Shown: positions 16,756 to 26,703 of the stretch, piece by piece
How the letters are laid out: the number at the start of each line of letters is the position of its first letter
Numbering within the stretch: the stretch's first letter is position 1
Assembly (NCBI GenBank): GCA_963711835.1
Contig: CAVQFQ010000005.1
Location: 192,001-256,000 of the forward strand
Direction: 5' to 3'
Length of the DNA: 64,000 nucleotides
Source: an uncultured delta proteobacterium
GTDB taxonomy: Bacteria; Desulfobacterota; RBG-13-43-22
The notes under the pieces: generated by a model
Told to the model about the DNA's origin: nothing
The model's input: the letters and a program-made list of their open reading frames with translations, nothing else
The model's database searches: none
Program-made: the position numbers and the translations under genes

Positions 16756-17502
16756 ATGAAAACCCTATTACTGATTTTTGGGTTAGGGATGTTGGTTATC
16801 TTTTCAGCCGCTGACTGCCATGGCGGAAAGGTAATGTCTTTCAAGGATTCAGGTTCGAACTTCAATACCAGACGCAAGGGGATGGTGGAAACCCAGATAA
16901 AGGCCCGCGGAGTTCTGGATTCACGGGTCCTGTCGGCCATGGGAAAAGTGGAAAGGCACCGCTTTGTCCCTCTGCAGCTCCAAGAACTGGCCTATTCCGA
17001 TCAACCCCTGCCGATTGGTGACGGGCAGACCATCTCCCAGCCCTATATGGTAGCCCTGATGACTGAATTATTGGAACTCAAAGGAGGAGAAAAAGTCCTG
17101 GAAATCGGCACCGGTTCGGGATATCAGGCCGCCGTCCTGGCCGAATTGGTCAAGGAGGTTTATACCATTGAGATTATTGAAGCCCTGGCCCGCCAAGCCG
17201 AAAACCGTCTACAGGAATTAAGGTATAAAAATATCCGGGTCCGATCCGGTGACGGCTATCTGGGATGGCCTGAAGCCGCTCCCTTCGATGCCATCATGGT
17301 CACCGCCGCTCCGGATCATATCCCCCAACCGCTCATCGATCAGTTAAATGAAGGAGGCCGTCTGGTGCTGCCTATCGGTAAATACCCCTACCAGGAATTA
17401 AAAAAAGGGATTAAAAAGGGCGGCCAGGTTGAAATCAAAGAGGTCCTGTCGGTGCTCTTTGTCCCCATGACCGGTGAAGGGGTCAGGCAAAGAAAAAAAT
17501 AA
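16756..17502 (+). CDS. pcm: Protein-L-isoaspartate O-methyltransferase
   Basis: AYSDQPLPIGDGQTISQPYMVA, VLEIGTGSGYQAAVLA, GDGYLGWPEAAPFDAI, FVPMTG. Confidence 0.95.
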   Translation: MKTLLLIFGLGMLVIFSAADCHGGKVMSFKDSGSNFNTRRKGMVETQIKARGVLDSRVLSAMGKVERHRFVPLQLQELAYSDQPLPIGDGQTISQPYMVALMTELLELKGGEKVLEIGTGSGYQAAVLAELVKEVYTIEIIEALARQAENRLQELRYKNIRVRSGDGYLGWPEAAPFDAIMVTAAPDHIPQPLIDQLNEGGRLVLPIGKYPYQELKKGIKKGGQVEIKEVLSVLFVPMTGEGVRQRKK

Positions 17503-17537
17503 CCGGTCCCTTTTTGAGCCCCTTCTTACGCTGACCC

Positions 17538-18634
17538 ATGACCTTCCGCACTCTTCTTTTTATAACCATCGTCCTCCTGATCTATTTTGCTCTCCATCTC
17601 GGTCTTTTCTTCCTGATTCGAAAATTTTTTGGCCTTACCAAGCCCCGAAGTCAAGTCATTCTGGGATTTATCCTCCTTCTGCTGGCGTTCAGTTTTATAT
17701 TTTCTTTTATTTGGACCATTTTTGACAGTCACGGGTTTATCCGGGTCTTCTATTATGGGTCCGCCGTCTGGCTGGGGGTGCTGGTTAATGCCCTGATCCT
17801 CTTCAGCTTGGGACTTGTTTTCTGGAAAGGCGCCCGGACCTTCGGATTAAACCTGGAAGGAAAGATTCTTGGATATTGCTTGATCCTCGTCACCACCCTT
17901 TATTCAGGCTACGGCTTCATCAATGCCGGCAATTTGAGAACCACCACGCTGTCCCTTTCCATTAAAAACCTGCCGGAGGCCTGGCGGGGCAAAAAGATCA
18001 TTCAGATTTCCGATCTGCATTTGGGGATTATCCATGGAGTCGGATTAACGGAAAAGATCGTTTCCCTGATCGAACCGCACCATCCGGATCTGGTCGTCAT
18101 TACCGGAGACCTTTTTGACGGAACCGGGGATGACCTGGAGACCCTCGTCGCCCCCTTTAATCGCCTCCGGTCGCCCATTCTTTTTATTACCGGAAATCAC
18201 GAGACCTACCTGGGGGTGGATAAGGCCCTTAAGGCCATCCGGAAGACCCGGATCAGACTCCTGCTTGATGAACAGATCGAGCTCGATGGCCTCCGGATCA
18301 TCGGCAGTCGCCTTTCCTGAAAGATGGCAGAAAAAAGATCTTGGCCCCCTGCTCAGGGACCTTGACCTTTCCAAACCTAACATCCTCCTGATCCATGCCC
18401 CCACGCAGGTTGAAACGGCCCGAAAGGCCGGGATCGCCCTGCAGCTTTCCGGACATACCCACAACGGCCAGATGCTTCCCCTGAAACTTTTCACCAGCCT
18501 GATTTTTAAAGGCTACGATTATGGTTTGCATCGGCCGGGGATTTTGTATCTATACCAGCAGTGGTGCGGGCACCTGGGGGCCTCCCCTGAGACTGGGAAG
18601 CCGATCGGAAATCGTTGTCTTGACCCTGCAATAA
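17538..18634 (+). CDS. Membrane-anchored metallophosphoesterase (YkuE-like), frameshifted in the 3' part
   Basis: Four N-terminal TM segments, SDLHLG, TGDLFD, GNHE, SGHTHNGQ, GTWGPPLRLGSRSEIV. Confidence 0.88.
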
Positions 18635-18641
18635 AGCAACC

Positions 18642-20924
18642 GTGATCCCTAACCCGACTTACAAGAATCTGGAATCTCTTTTTTTCCCCAAGGCCGTGGC
18701 CGTCATCGGCGCTTCCAACCGCTTCGGCAAGTGGGGGTTCAATCTCTCGGCCACCCTGTTGACCTCCGGCTTTCGCGGTCCGGTTTATTTGATCAACCCC
18801 AAAGAAAAAAGGGTCCTGGGGCGCCGGGCCTTTTCCAATCTGAATGATTTACCCGGTCCGGCAGACTTGGCCGTCCTGGCCGTACCGGCGCTGCAGACCA
18901 TCCCGCTGATCGAAGAATGCGGCCGGATAGGCATTCCCAACGCCCTGGTGGTGGCTTCCAATTTTAAAGAGGTGGGCCGGGAAGGGGCCGAACTGGAACA
19001 ACAACTGGTCCAGGTTGCCCGGGACCACGGCCTTACCCTGGTTGGTCCCAACACCATGGGCATGGTCAGCACTCCGGTGGGCCTGGAAATCCTTTTCATG
19101 CCCTTGGGGGTCAAGGCCGGCCCGGTGGACGTGATCTCTCAATCCGGCAACATCGGTCTTCAGATCATGGAACTGGGGATGAAAGAGGGCCTGGGCTTCT
19201 GCCGCTTTGTAGGTTCAGGCAACGAGGCCCTCCTGGGAGTGGAGGATTATCTGGCCCACTTTGGAAGGGATCAGCACTCCCGGGTGATCGTACTTTATTT
19301 GGAATCGGTCCGCAACGGCGAACGCTTTTTTGAAGTCGCCCGGACCATCACGCCCCACAAACCTATCCTGGCCCTCAAAGCCGGTAAGACCGGCCAGGGG
19401 TCCCAGGCGGCCCGGTCCCACTCCGGTGCCGTGGCCCAATCTCCGAAACTCATTTCCGATCTCTTTAAACAGCTTGGTATTGTTGAAGCCGGCTCCACCG
19501 AAGAACTGATCGACCTGATGAAAACCTTCAGCCTGATCCATCCGCCCCGGGGGGACCGCCTGGCCGTGGTCAGCCTGGGAGGCGGATGGGGAGTGACCAC
19601 TACCGATGCTGCCGCCCTGAAGGGGTTAACCCTTCCCGCCCTCTCCCCGGCCTTGTTGGATCAATTAAATCCCCTATTGCCTCCCTTCTGGAGCCGCCAG
19701 AATCCCCTGGATCTGGCCGGGAGCACCAACCGACAGGCCCATCTCGAGGTGTTAAGGATCCTGACCGAGAGTGAGGAAATAGATGCGGTTGTCGCCCTGG
19801 GGATGCTGGCCGGTCTGAGAAAATCCTTCTCCCAACTAATCCACTGGAAAGGCCTGTTCGCCAAACTGATTCTTAAATCTCTTTTTCTCGGCTTGCTTGG
19901 ATTTCTGAAAAGGCCCCGAAGAAAGAAGACCGATGCCCTGCAAAAAACCGCCGGTCCCTCGAAAAAAGGGGGCTTTCGAATCAGGGATTTTCAGCTTTGG
20001 CGGGACTCCCATTTTATGGACCGGGTTCGAGGGCTTATGAAGACCAGCGGAAAACCCATCCTGTTGGTGACCTTCCTGCCCGGGTTGGCCGTCAGGATGA
20101 CCCGGCGCTTTCATCAACCCATCTTCGGCAATCCGGAACGGGCGGTGGAGGCTATGAGCGGCCTTATGCAGTACGGCCGCTTTTTAAACGATTGGGGCCA
20201 GGGATCGCTTCAACCGGGCTCCCTCGTTTCCCGGAAGGAGACCCTACCTGAATTTTCAGACGACCTTTCTTCTCTGGATGAATTTCAAGGAAAAAAAATT
20301 CTGGCCCACTATGGTATCCCGACGGTCAGGGAGGGAATCGCTGCCCATCGGACCGAAGCCCTCAGGTTGACTGGAGAAATCGGATATCCGGTGGCCCTGA
20401 AAATCCATTCCCCGAATATGCTCCATAAAACCGATCTGGGAGGGGTCATTCTTAACATCAGTCACGAAGAAGGATTAATTCAATCTATCAGTGCCTTGGA
20501 GGCCAAATTTCCTGAATTACATGATCCTACCGGCAGAGCCGGATTCCTGATTCAGGAGATGGTAACTGAAGGGGTAGAGGTTTTGCTGGGCATGACCTCC
20601 GATCCGCAATTCGGACCGCTCCTGGTTTTAGGATTGGGCGGTATTATGGTCGAGGTCCTGAAGGATGTTGTTTTTGCCAAGCCGCCGGTGACCCGACTTC
20701 AGGCCGAACGCCTCTGGACTTCCTTGAAGGGTGCCGCCCTCCTTTCCGGATTCCGTGGACGCCCCCCGGCCGACCTCCAGGCTCTCATTGAAGCGACTAT
20801 TAATTTTTCTTATTTAATTGATGAGTTGCAATATAAATTTAAAGAAATAGATGTGAATCCATTAATGGTTCTAAGCCCAGGGAAAGGGGTCAAAGCCCTT
20901 GATGCCCTATTTATTAAAAAATAA
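18642..20924 (+). CDS. ADP-forming acetate/acyl-CoA ligase (CoA-binding + ATP-grasp fusion)
   Basis: VAVIGAS, GPNTMG, ISQSGN, GNEA, SHSGA (phospho-His), GYPVALKI.SP..HKTDLGGV, DPQFGP, EIDVNPL. Confidence 0.93.
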   Translation: MIPNPTYKNLESLFFPKAVAVIGASNRFGKWGFNLSATLLTSGFRGPVYLINPKEKRVLGRRAFSNLNDLPGPADLAVLAVPALQTIPLIEECGRIGIPNALVVASNFKEVGREGAELEQQLVQVARDHGLTLVGPNTMGMVSTPVGLEILFMPLGVKAGPVDVISQSGNIGLQIMELGMKEGLGFCRFVGSGNEALLGVEDYLAHFGRDQHSRVIVLYLESVRNGERFFEVARTITPHKPILALKAGKTGQGSQAARSHSGAVAQSPKLISDLFKQLGIVEAGSTEELIDLMKTFSLIHPPRGDRLAVVSLGGGWGVTTTDAAALKGLTLPALSPALLDQLNPLLPPFWSRQNPLDLAGSTNRQAHLEVLRILTESEEIDAVVALGMLAGLRKSFSQLIHWKGLFAKLILKSLFLGLLGFLKRPRRKKTDALQKTAGPSKKGGFRIRDFQLWRDSHFMDRVRGLMKTSGKPILLVTFLPGLAVRMTRRFHQPIFGNPERAVEAMSGLMQYGRFLNDWGQGSLQPGSLVSRKETLPEFSDDLSSLDEFQGKKILAHYGIPTVREGIAAHRTEALRLTGEIGYPVALKIHSPNMLHKTDLGGVILNISHEEGLIQSISALEAKFPELHDPTGRAGFLIQEMVTEGVEVLLGMTSDPQFGPLLVLGLGGIMVEVLKDVVFAKPPVTRLQAERLWTSLKGAALLSGFRGRPPADLQALIEATINFSYLIDELQYKFKEIDVNPLMVLSPGKGVKALDALFIKK

Positions 20925-21060
20925 GGATCATTTCCAATGTTAGTTAGAGATGATCCCGGGTGCAAGATTCGAAGGTTCAAGGGTAATGCTCAAAAACTAT
21001 AAAGAGTTGAAGATTTAGGAGAGGATTTATCCGCTATGTTTTTATGTTTAATAAATTACA
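20925..21060 (+). pseudogene. Hairpin + repeats + decayed four-helix-bundle (IVP-like) gene 5' end, copy 2
   Basis: GGATCATTTCCAA/TTAGAGATGATCC hairpin, GATTCGAAGGTTCAAG, ATG at 20986 reads MLKNYKELKI*ERIYPLCFYV**IT. Confidence 0.75.
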
Positions 21061-21105
21061 ATATGATTTAAATATAATATATAGTAATAGTAAAGTATAA
21101 CTTTA

Positions 21106-22653
21106 ATGAAAAAACAGCCTAACTGTCTGGTTCTCTCCCTTATCATTGTATTAGTTTTTTTTAATATAACCTGGGCTGGGGAGGAGTTCCAGCTCCGGAT
21201 TCTTTATCTGAATGACTTCCATGGTTTTGCCGAACCCCAGCAAGCCCTGGGAAAGGAGGGATTGGCGGGCGGCATCGCTTCGCTGGCCGGGGAAGTTAAT
21301 CGCCTGCGCCAGGGCCAACCCACCCTCCTGCTGGCCGCCGGCGACATGATCCAGGGGAATCCCTGGGCCAACCTCTTTCAGGGCGAATCGACGATCGATA
21401 TAATGAATGCCATGGGGTTTACGGCCATGACTTTGGGAAACCATGAGTTTGACTTCGGGCAGGAAGTCCTTCAAAAACGGATCTCCCAAGCCCAATTTCC
21501 AATACTAACAGCCAACCTGAGTCCCTTCCCCGGGCTAAAACCTTATATAATAAAAAATATGGCCGGCTTCAAGATTGCCATTATAGGTCTGGTCACTGAA
21601 GATACCCCGGTGGCCACCCATCCCAAGAATGTTGAAGGGCTTCATTTTACCCCGGCCATCGAAACCACCCGGAAAATCCTCCAGGAATTGGGCGACACCC
21701 CGGATTTGATCCTGGTCCTGTCCCACCTCGGGCTGCCGGCGGATCGACGCCTGGCCCAGATGGTCAAGGGGATCCAGGTCATTGTCGGAGGCCATACCCA
21801 CACCCGGATTGAAAAACCTCTGCAGGTCAACGAGACCCTGATCGTCCAGGCCTGGGAACATGCCAAGGTGCTGGGAGTCCTCGATTTAACCCTGAAGGAT
21901 CGTGCCCTGACCCGGGCTCAGGGGAAGCTGATCCCCATTTCTCCCGACCCGGGAAAGACGACCCTCAGGTGACCGCCCTGGTTGATCACTATCGGAAGCA
22001 AGCCTCCCGAGTCCTGGATGAAGTCATCGGCCGGGCCGAGGTGGACCTGCAGGGAAAGGGATCCCGCCGCCGGGAAACCAATCTGGGAAATTTTTTAGCC
22101 GACATCCTGAGAAAAGAAGGCCAGGCGGATGTGGCCCTGATCAATGGCGGGGGAATTCGAGCCGATATCTCCCAAGGGCCGATTCGGATGAAGGACCTCT
22201 ATTCGGTTCTCCCCTTTCGCAATCACCTGGTGGTCATCAACCTTACCGGTAAAGAGCTCCAGGAAGTTTTAGAATATGGGCTTTCCGACTTAAGCGGGGA
22301 GGGCGGGCAATTCCCTCAGCTTTCGGGAATCCGGGTGACCTATGACCCGGCGGAGCCGGTCGGCCGGAGGGTCAAAACGGTTTGGATCAGGGAGCAACCC
22401 CTGGTCCCGGATACCCGCTATCAATTGGCCACCCTTGATTTTTTGCTGGCCGGCGGTGACGGATATTCCGTTTTTACAAAAATGGTCCGGGAGGATTCCG
22501 CTTATCCGGATTCTCAGAGAGTTGACCTCAAGCGCGGCCGTGTGGTCCTCTTCGATTCCGGAAGGGACCTGCGCGATATCGTCATTCAATCGACTTAGAG
22601 GACAGGAAAAGATCGCCCCGGCTCTGGAAGGTCGTCTACAACCTATAAAATAA
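21106..22653 (+). CDS. Secreted 5'-nucleotidase/UDP-sugar hydrolase family, frameshifts near 21960 and 22590
   Basis: Signal peptide, NDFHG, AGDMIQG, LGNHEFDFG, LSHLG, GGHTHT; C-domain ETNLGNFLAD, NGGGIRA, DFLLAGGDGY. Confidence 0.92.
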
Positions 22654-22700
22654 ATTAGTATCGTTCAAAAGTTGAGGCACTGGTGCATTATGGCCTGACT

Positions 22701-22929
22701 GGGGACCGGGGGTCTCGATTTCAAGGCTTGTCCAAAGGGTGATCCTTCCCGCCAATCCGGCCCAGATTTCTAAGGTTGGTTTAGAGCCGGGCATTCATCC
22801 AACCGAACAAACAGCTTCGGTGTAGGCCTACTTAAGGCATTATCGTCAACCTTCCAGTCCCGCTAAAAGCGGGATTTCAAGGTGAGGAGTTTATGGTGGA
22901 CAACCTTGAAATCGAGACCCCCGGTCCCC
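22701..22929 (+). repeat. Rod-like palindromic element, copy B
   Basis: GGGGACCGGGGGTCTCGATTTCAAGGCTTGTCCA (22701-22734) pairs with 22897-22929 except one bulged base; core homologous to copies A and C. Confidence 0.9.
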
Positions 22930-23003
22930 TTCCATCGGGTATCAGAACTATAATGCCCAAACTTTTGAACGATACCAATAAATTTCCGATTTGGAGGTAA
23001 CCC

Positions 23004-23193
23004 ATGCGCGTCTGGATCAATGAGCAGGCGATAGATCTGATCCCCGGCATGACCGTCCGCCAGGCCCTTTTGCAGGCCGGCCTCTGGCAGGAAATTGAAA
23101 AAGGGGCCATAGTGCTGGATGAAATGGGGAACGAGGTTGGAATGGATGGGGCACTGGAAGACCAGATGCGTTTGGCCATCAAGGTATCCCTGA
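23004..23193 (+). CDS. Small beta-grasp/ThiS-like protein (about 62 aa; stop probably lost to an indel)
   Basis: GGAGGT SD; MRVWINEQAIDLIPGMTVRQALLQAG...VLDEMGNEVGMDGALEDQMRL; the following 40 codons look like intergenic DNA. Confidence 0.55.
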
Positions 23194-23309
23194 GAGGCCT
23201 TACTATAACCGTAAAACCCATAATTTTTTTTGCAGTTGACTTCTTTCCCGCCAGCCCTCAAAATAACCTTCAAAAAGGCAGGATACAATTCCAGAAGGGA
23301 GGAAAGGTT

Positions 23310-23711
23310 ATGAAAAAAGGGATTGTTCTATTTACTTTCATCGCATTTTTGTTCGGTCTGGGCCTTTGTATAAAGGCTGTCAAGGCGGATTCAAAAAAAT
23401 CGCCTCTCAGCGGCATGATGGTGGCTGATAAAAAAGAAAAAAAGGAACTGGAATCAAAGGAAGAGGCCTTGAAAAGTAAGGAAGAACTCCTAAAAAAGTG
23501 GGAAGAGTCTTTGAAGAAGAAGGAAGAGGACCTCAAGGCTTGGGAAGCCCGGTTAAAGAGAAGGGCAGCTCAACGAAGGGCAGCCCCGGGCGGACCCGGT
23601 GCCCCTCAGGGTTTGGCTTCTCCACAAGCACCTGGTGCACCTGGATCTCCCGGCCAGCCGGGTACACCCCCCGGTACCGTTCCCCAAACCGGAACGCCGG
23701 TCAGAAGATAA
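23310..23711 (+). CDS. Exported coiled-coil, Pro/Gly-rich tail protein
   Basis: GGAGG SD, signal peptide MKKGIVLFTFIAFLFGLGLCIKAVKA, KEExLK heptads, (PG) repeats. Confidence 0.7.
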   Translation: MKKGIVLFTFIAFLFGLGLCIKAVKADSKKSPLSGMMVADKKEKKELESKEEALKSKEELLKKWEESLKKKEEDLKAWEARLKRRAAQRRAAPGGPGAPQGLASPQAPGAPGSPGQPGTPPGTVPQTGTPVRR

Positions 23712-23790
23712 CGTCTCTTTTGTAAAAACCTTCAGGCCTCGCTTGCCCGCATAATTGGTAAGACGAGGCCTGTTTTTTTCCGGATGAACC

Positions 23791-24513
23791 TTATTTAGGA
23801 CCAAAGGAAGGTGTGATTTCCGGTTTCGCAGGAGGAGGCGGCACCTTTTTTGGTGCAGCCTTCTTGACTGGTTTTGAGGTAACCTCCGAATCCGGCGGCG
23901 GTTCATTGTGAATGACCATGAGGGTATTGGGTATTTTCAAAATCTCTCCCCCCTTTAAACGGAAGGCCTGGGATCCCGGATTGTAGCGGGCGATCTCCTG
24001 CCAGCGCGAAGCATCCCCTGAATACCATTGACTTATGGTGGCCAGGCTTTCTCCGGCCTTCACCTGGTGGGTCAAAAAATCAAGCAGCGGCAACGGAATG
24101 GAGGACACTTTGTTAAATTCCTCTTCTAAAACCGGGTCGGGCTGGTAATTTCCAGGAGGGCTGATCAAAGTCAGCGACGCTTCAATGTACCCGGTGGAAA
24201 CCGCTTCCAGTGTAAACGGTGTTCCCCGGGCATAACTGGCCTTGGGGCCTTGGCTGTAGCGGACATAATATTTATAGGTTCCAGCCGGCAGGAGGATCGT
24301 CCTTTCACTCTCTTTTATCAGCTCGACCACCCCGCTCTTGGGGCCGACAATTTTTACCAGGGCCTCTTCTCCTGAATTGTTGACCAGGGTCATCATATTT
24401 TTTTGCGCCCCCCGTCCTGAGTCGGGAAGGGAAAAAAGAAAGAAAACCCCCAGGCACAGAACCGGAATTTTTTTCTCAGTAAAAAGGAGGGCTGTTCTCA
24501 TTATTTCGTTCAT
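23791..24513 (-). CDS. Exported LysM-domain protein
   Basis: HQVKAGESLATISQWYSGDASRWQEIARYNPG...LKGGEILKIP; N-terminal hydrophobic signal; Pro/Lys-rich tail. Confidence 0.82.
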   Translation of the reverse strand: MNEIMRTALLFTEKKIPVLCLGVFFLFSLPDSGRGAQKNMMTLVNNSGEEALVKIVGPKSGVVELIKESERTILLPAGTYKYYVRYSQGPKASYARGTPFTLEAVSTGYIEASLTLISPPGNYQPDPVLEEEFNKVSSIPLPLLDFLTHQVKAGESLATISQWYSGDASRWQEIARYNPGSQAFRLKGGEILKIPNTLMVIHNEPPPDSEVTSKPVKKAAPKKVPPPPAKPEITPSFGPK

Positions 24514-24594
24514 CGGAATTTATGCCTCTTGCCTCTGATCAGGATGCTCCGGATTATCTCAAATTCAGGGAAAGAATACAAGAGGGGAATCCTG

Positions 24595-24624
24595 TTGACG
24601 GATTGCGACCGTTGCGTTTAAAAT
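24595..24624 (+). promoter_or_regulatory. Sigma70-type promoter for S1-domain gene
   Basis: TTGACG-18 bp-TAAAAT. Confidence 0.5.
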
Positions 24625-24682
24625 CATAAAGGGTTTTAGATCCGTGCCCGGTTTTATTAATGATCAGGAAGAAGGAAGAAAC

Positions 24683-26338
24683 ATGATAGAGCCTTTAGAC
24701 GAAAATCCCGAATCGACCATCCAAACCTCCTCCGGCAATCCGGCTGAACCCGCTGCGGAAACAGAGGTGAGCTTTGCCGAATTATTCGAGGCCGCTGCCG
24801 CCCGGCCCGGCGACCAACCCCTTCAACCCGGGGATCGGGTGCAGGGAACCGTTGTGTTAATTAATGCAGATACTGTTTTTATCGACTACGGGGCCAAATC
24901 CGAAGGTTGGGCCGAATTGAAGGAATTCCAGGATAAAACAGGGGCCGTTACGGTCAAGGCCGGAGATACCGTAGAGCTGACCTTTATCGAACCGGGTCCA
25001 TCGGGCGCCCATCTGGGGACCTGCCTGCGGCGGACTTCCAGGGATGCCGGCTTCGACCTTTTACGAACCGCCTTTGAATCCGGCGTTTCCGTTGAGGGCA
25101 GGGTCACGGGCACCAACAAGGGAGGTTTTGAGGTGGCCGTCTCGGGTTTCTCGGCTTTTTGCCCCTTTTCCCAGATGGATACCACCTATTGCGATCACCC
25201 GGAGGAATTTATCGGGAGCAGCTCCAAATTCAAAGTCCTCCGGCTGGAAGAGGACCGGAAAACCGTGATTCTCTCCAGGCGGGCGATCCTGCAGGAGGAA
25301 CAGCGCCTCCTGGCCTCCGAGACCCGTGAACACCTGGCCATAGGCGAGGAATTTCTGGGTCGGGTGACGCGCCTGACCTCTTTCGGGGCCTTTGTGGATA
25401 TCGGAGGCTTGGAAGGTTTGGTCCACATCTCCGAGATTTCCCGCTCTCAGGTAAGCGATCCGGCCCAGGTCCTGACCGTCGGTCAGGAGGTCCGGGTTCG
25501 AGTGGTTCTGTTGGATCCGGGAGAAAAGGGCAAGGAACGTATCGGCCTGTCCATGAAGGCTCTTGAACCCGATCCCTGGGATCAGGGACTGGGGTTTTCC
25601 GAGGGCGACATCGTCACTGGAAAAGTCAGGACCCTGGCCACCTTCGGAGCCTTTGTGGAAATTTGCCCCGGGCTGGAAGGTCTGGTTCATGTCTCCGAGA
25701 TCTCACCGAAACGTATCACCCATCCCAAAGAAAAGCTGGTTGAGGGCCAGTCCGTCGAGGTCAAGGTCCTGGAGATCAATCCCGCACAGCGAAGGATATC
25801 GCTTTCGATTCGGGAGGTGCTCGCTTTATCCGAGGCCGGCCGATTGGAAATGGAAACGATTCGAACCGGAGAGGTGATTCGAAGAAGAATGATAAGCAGT
25901 CCTCTGCCGGATCCTTCCCAAGGAGAAACGGAAGAGGTTCAGCCGGATTCCCGTCCCGGCGAACCGCCTCTGCCGCTGGGAATCGGACGCCCGGCCAAAC
26001 CGATGGTCGGCCTGGTCTCTAAAGGGATTATCCGGTCCGTAAAGCCCTATGGTTTCTTTGTCGATTTGCCCGATCTGGGTTCCCACCAAAGCGGGCTGCT
26101 TCACAAGAGCCAGTTTTCAGCCGCTGAAACAGGTTCGCCCGCCAAAGGGCTCAAGGAAGGGGATGAGATCGAAGTCGAAATCATCGGCATCGACGAACAG
26201 GGGAAAATATCCCTTTCCCGAAAATCGATTTTGATGAACCGGGAAAAGGCTGAACTTCATGATTACCGCGATCAGATCAGGGAAAAGGGCACCCTGGGGA
26301 CCATGGCTGATTTATTTAAGAAATTTAACAAGAAATAA
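24683..26338 (+). CDS. Ribosomal protein S1-like multi-S1-domain protein (RpsA paralog)
   Basis: About five S1 repeats: VFIDYGAKSEG, NKGGFEV..AFCPFSQ, FGAFVDIGGLEGLVHISE, FGAFVEICPGLEGLVHVSE, YGFFVDL..GLLHKS; tail GTLGTMADL. Confidence 0.88.
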   Translation: MIEPLDENPESTIQTSSGNPAEPAAETEVSFAELFEAAAARPGDQPLQPGDRVQGTVVLINADTVFIDYGAKSEGWAELKEFQDKTGAVTVKAGDTVELTFIEPGPSGAHLGTCLRRTSRDAGFDLLRTAFESGVSVEGRVTGTNKGGFEVAVSGFSAFCPFSQMDTTYCDHPEEFIGSSSKFKVLRLEEDRKTVILSRRAILQEEQRLLASETREHLAIGEEFLGRVTRLTSFGAFVDIGGLEGLVHISEISRSQVSDPAQVLTVGQEVRVRVVLLDPGEKGKERIGLSMKALEPDPWDQGLGFSEGDIVTGKVRTLATFGAFVEICPGLEGLVHVSEISPKRITHPKEKLVEGQSVEVKVLEINPAQRRISLSIREVLALSEAGRLEMETIRTGEVIRRRMISSPLPDPSQGETEEVQPDSRPGEPPLPLGIGRPAKPMVGLVSKGIIRSVKPYGFFVDLPDLGSHQSGLLHKSQFSAAETGSPAKGLKEGDEIEVEIIGIDEQGKISLSRKSILMNREKAELHDYRDQIREKGTLGTMADLFKKFNKK

Positions 26339-26374
26339 TTTTTTGGTATTCGTACAACAGCCGGAGGGATGAGC

Positions 26375-26675
26375 ATGACTTTAATGGAATTTTCTATGAT
26401 TCCCCTCGATAAAGGGGCCAGCTTTAGTGAATACGTAGCTCGGATTTTAAAGATAGTGGACGAAAGCGGTCTGGATTACCAGTTGAATCCTATGGGAACG
26501 GTGGTGGAAGGGAGAATGGGATGATCTGCTGGCCCTTCTCAGCCGCTGTTTCCAGGAACTGAAAAAAGATTCCCAGCGGATCAGCCTGACCGTTAAATTC
26601 GACTACCGCAAAGGCCCGGGGGGTAGAATCAAATCCAAGGTCAAAAGCGTCCAGGAAAAGGCCGGAGCGTCCTAA
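26375..26675 (+). CDS. MTH1187/YkoF-family thiamine-binding protein, frameshift near 26512
   Basis: Manual translation MTLMEFSMIPLDKGASFSEYVARILKIVDESGLDYQLNPMGTVVEG / EWDDLL...RISLTVKFDYRKG...SKVKSV. Confidence 0.85.
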
Positions 26676-26703
26676 CGATCAAAACTTCTTAAGGAGGGTG
26701 AAA

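Noticed and set aside
23004-23711. Genuine 235-aa fusion of a ThiS-like domain and an exported coiled-coil protein
   Set aside because: Internal SD and signal peptide at 23310 and an intergenic-looking linker indicate two genes
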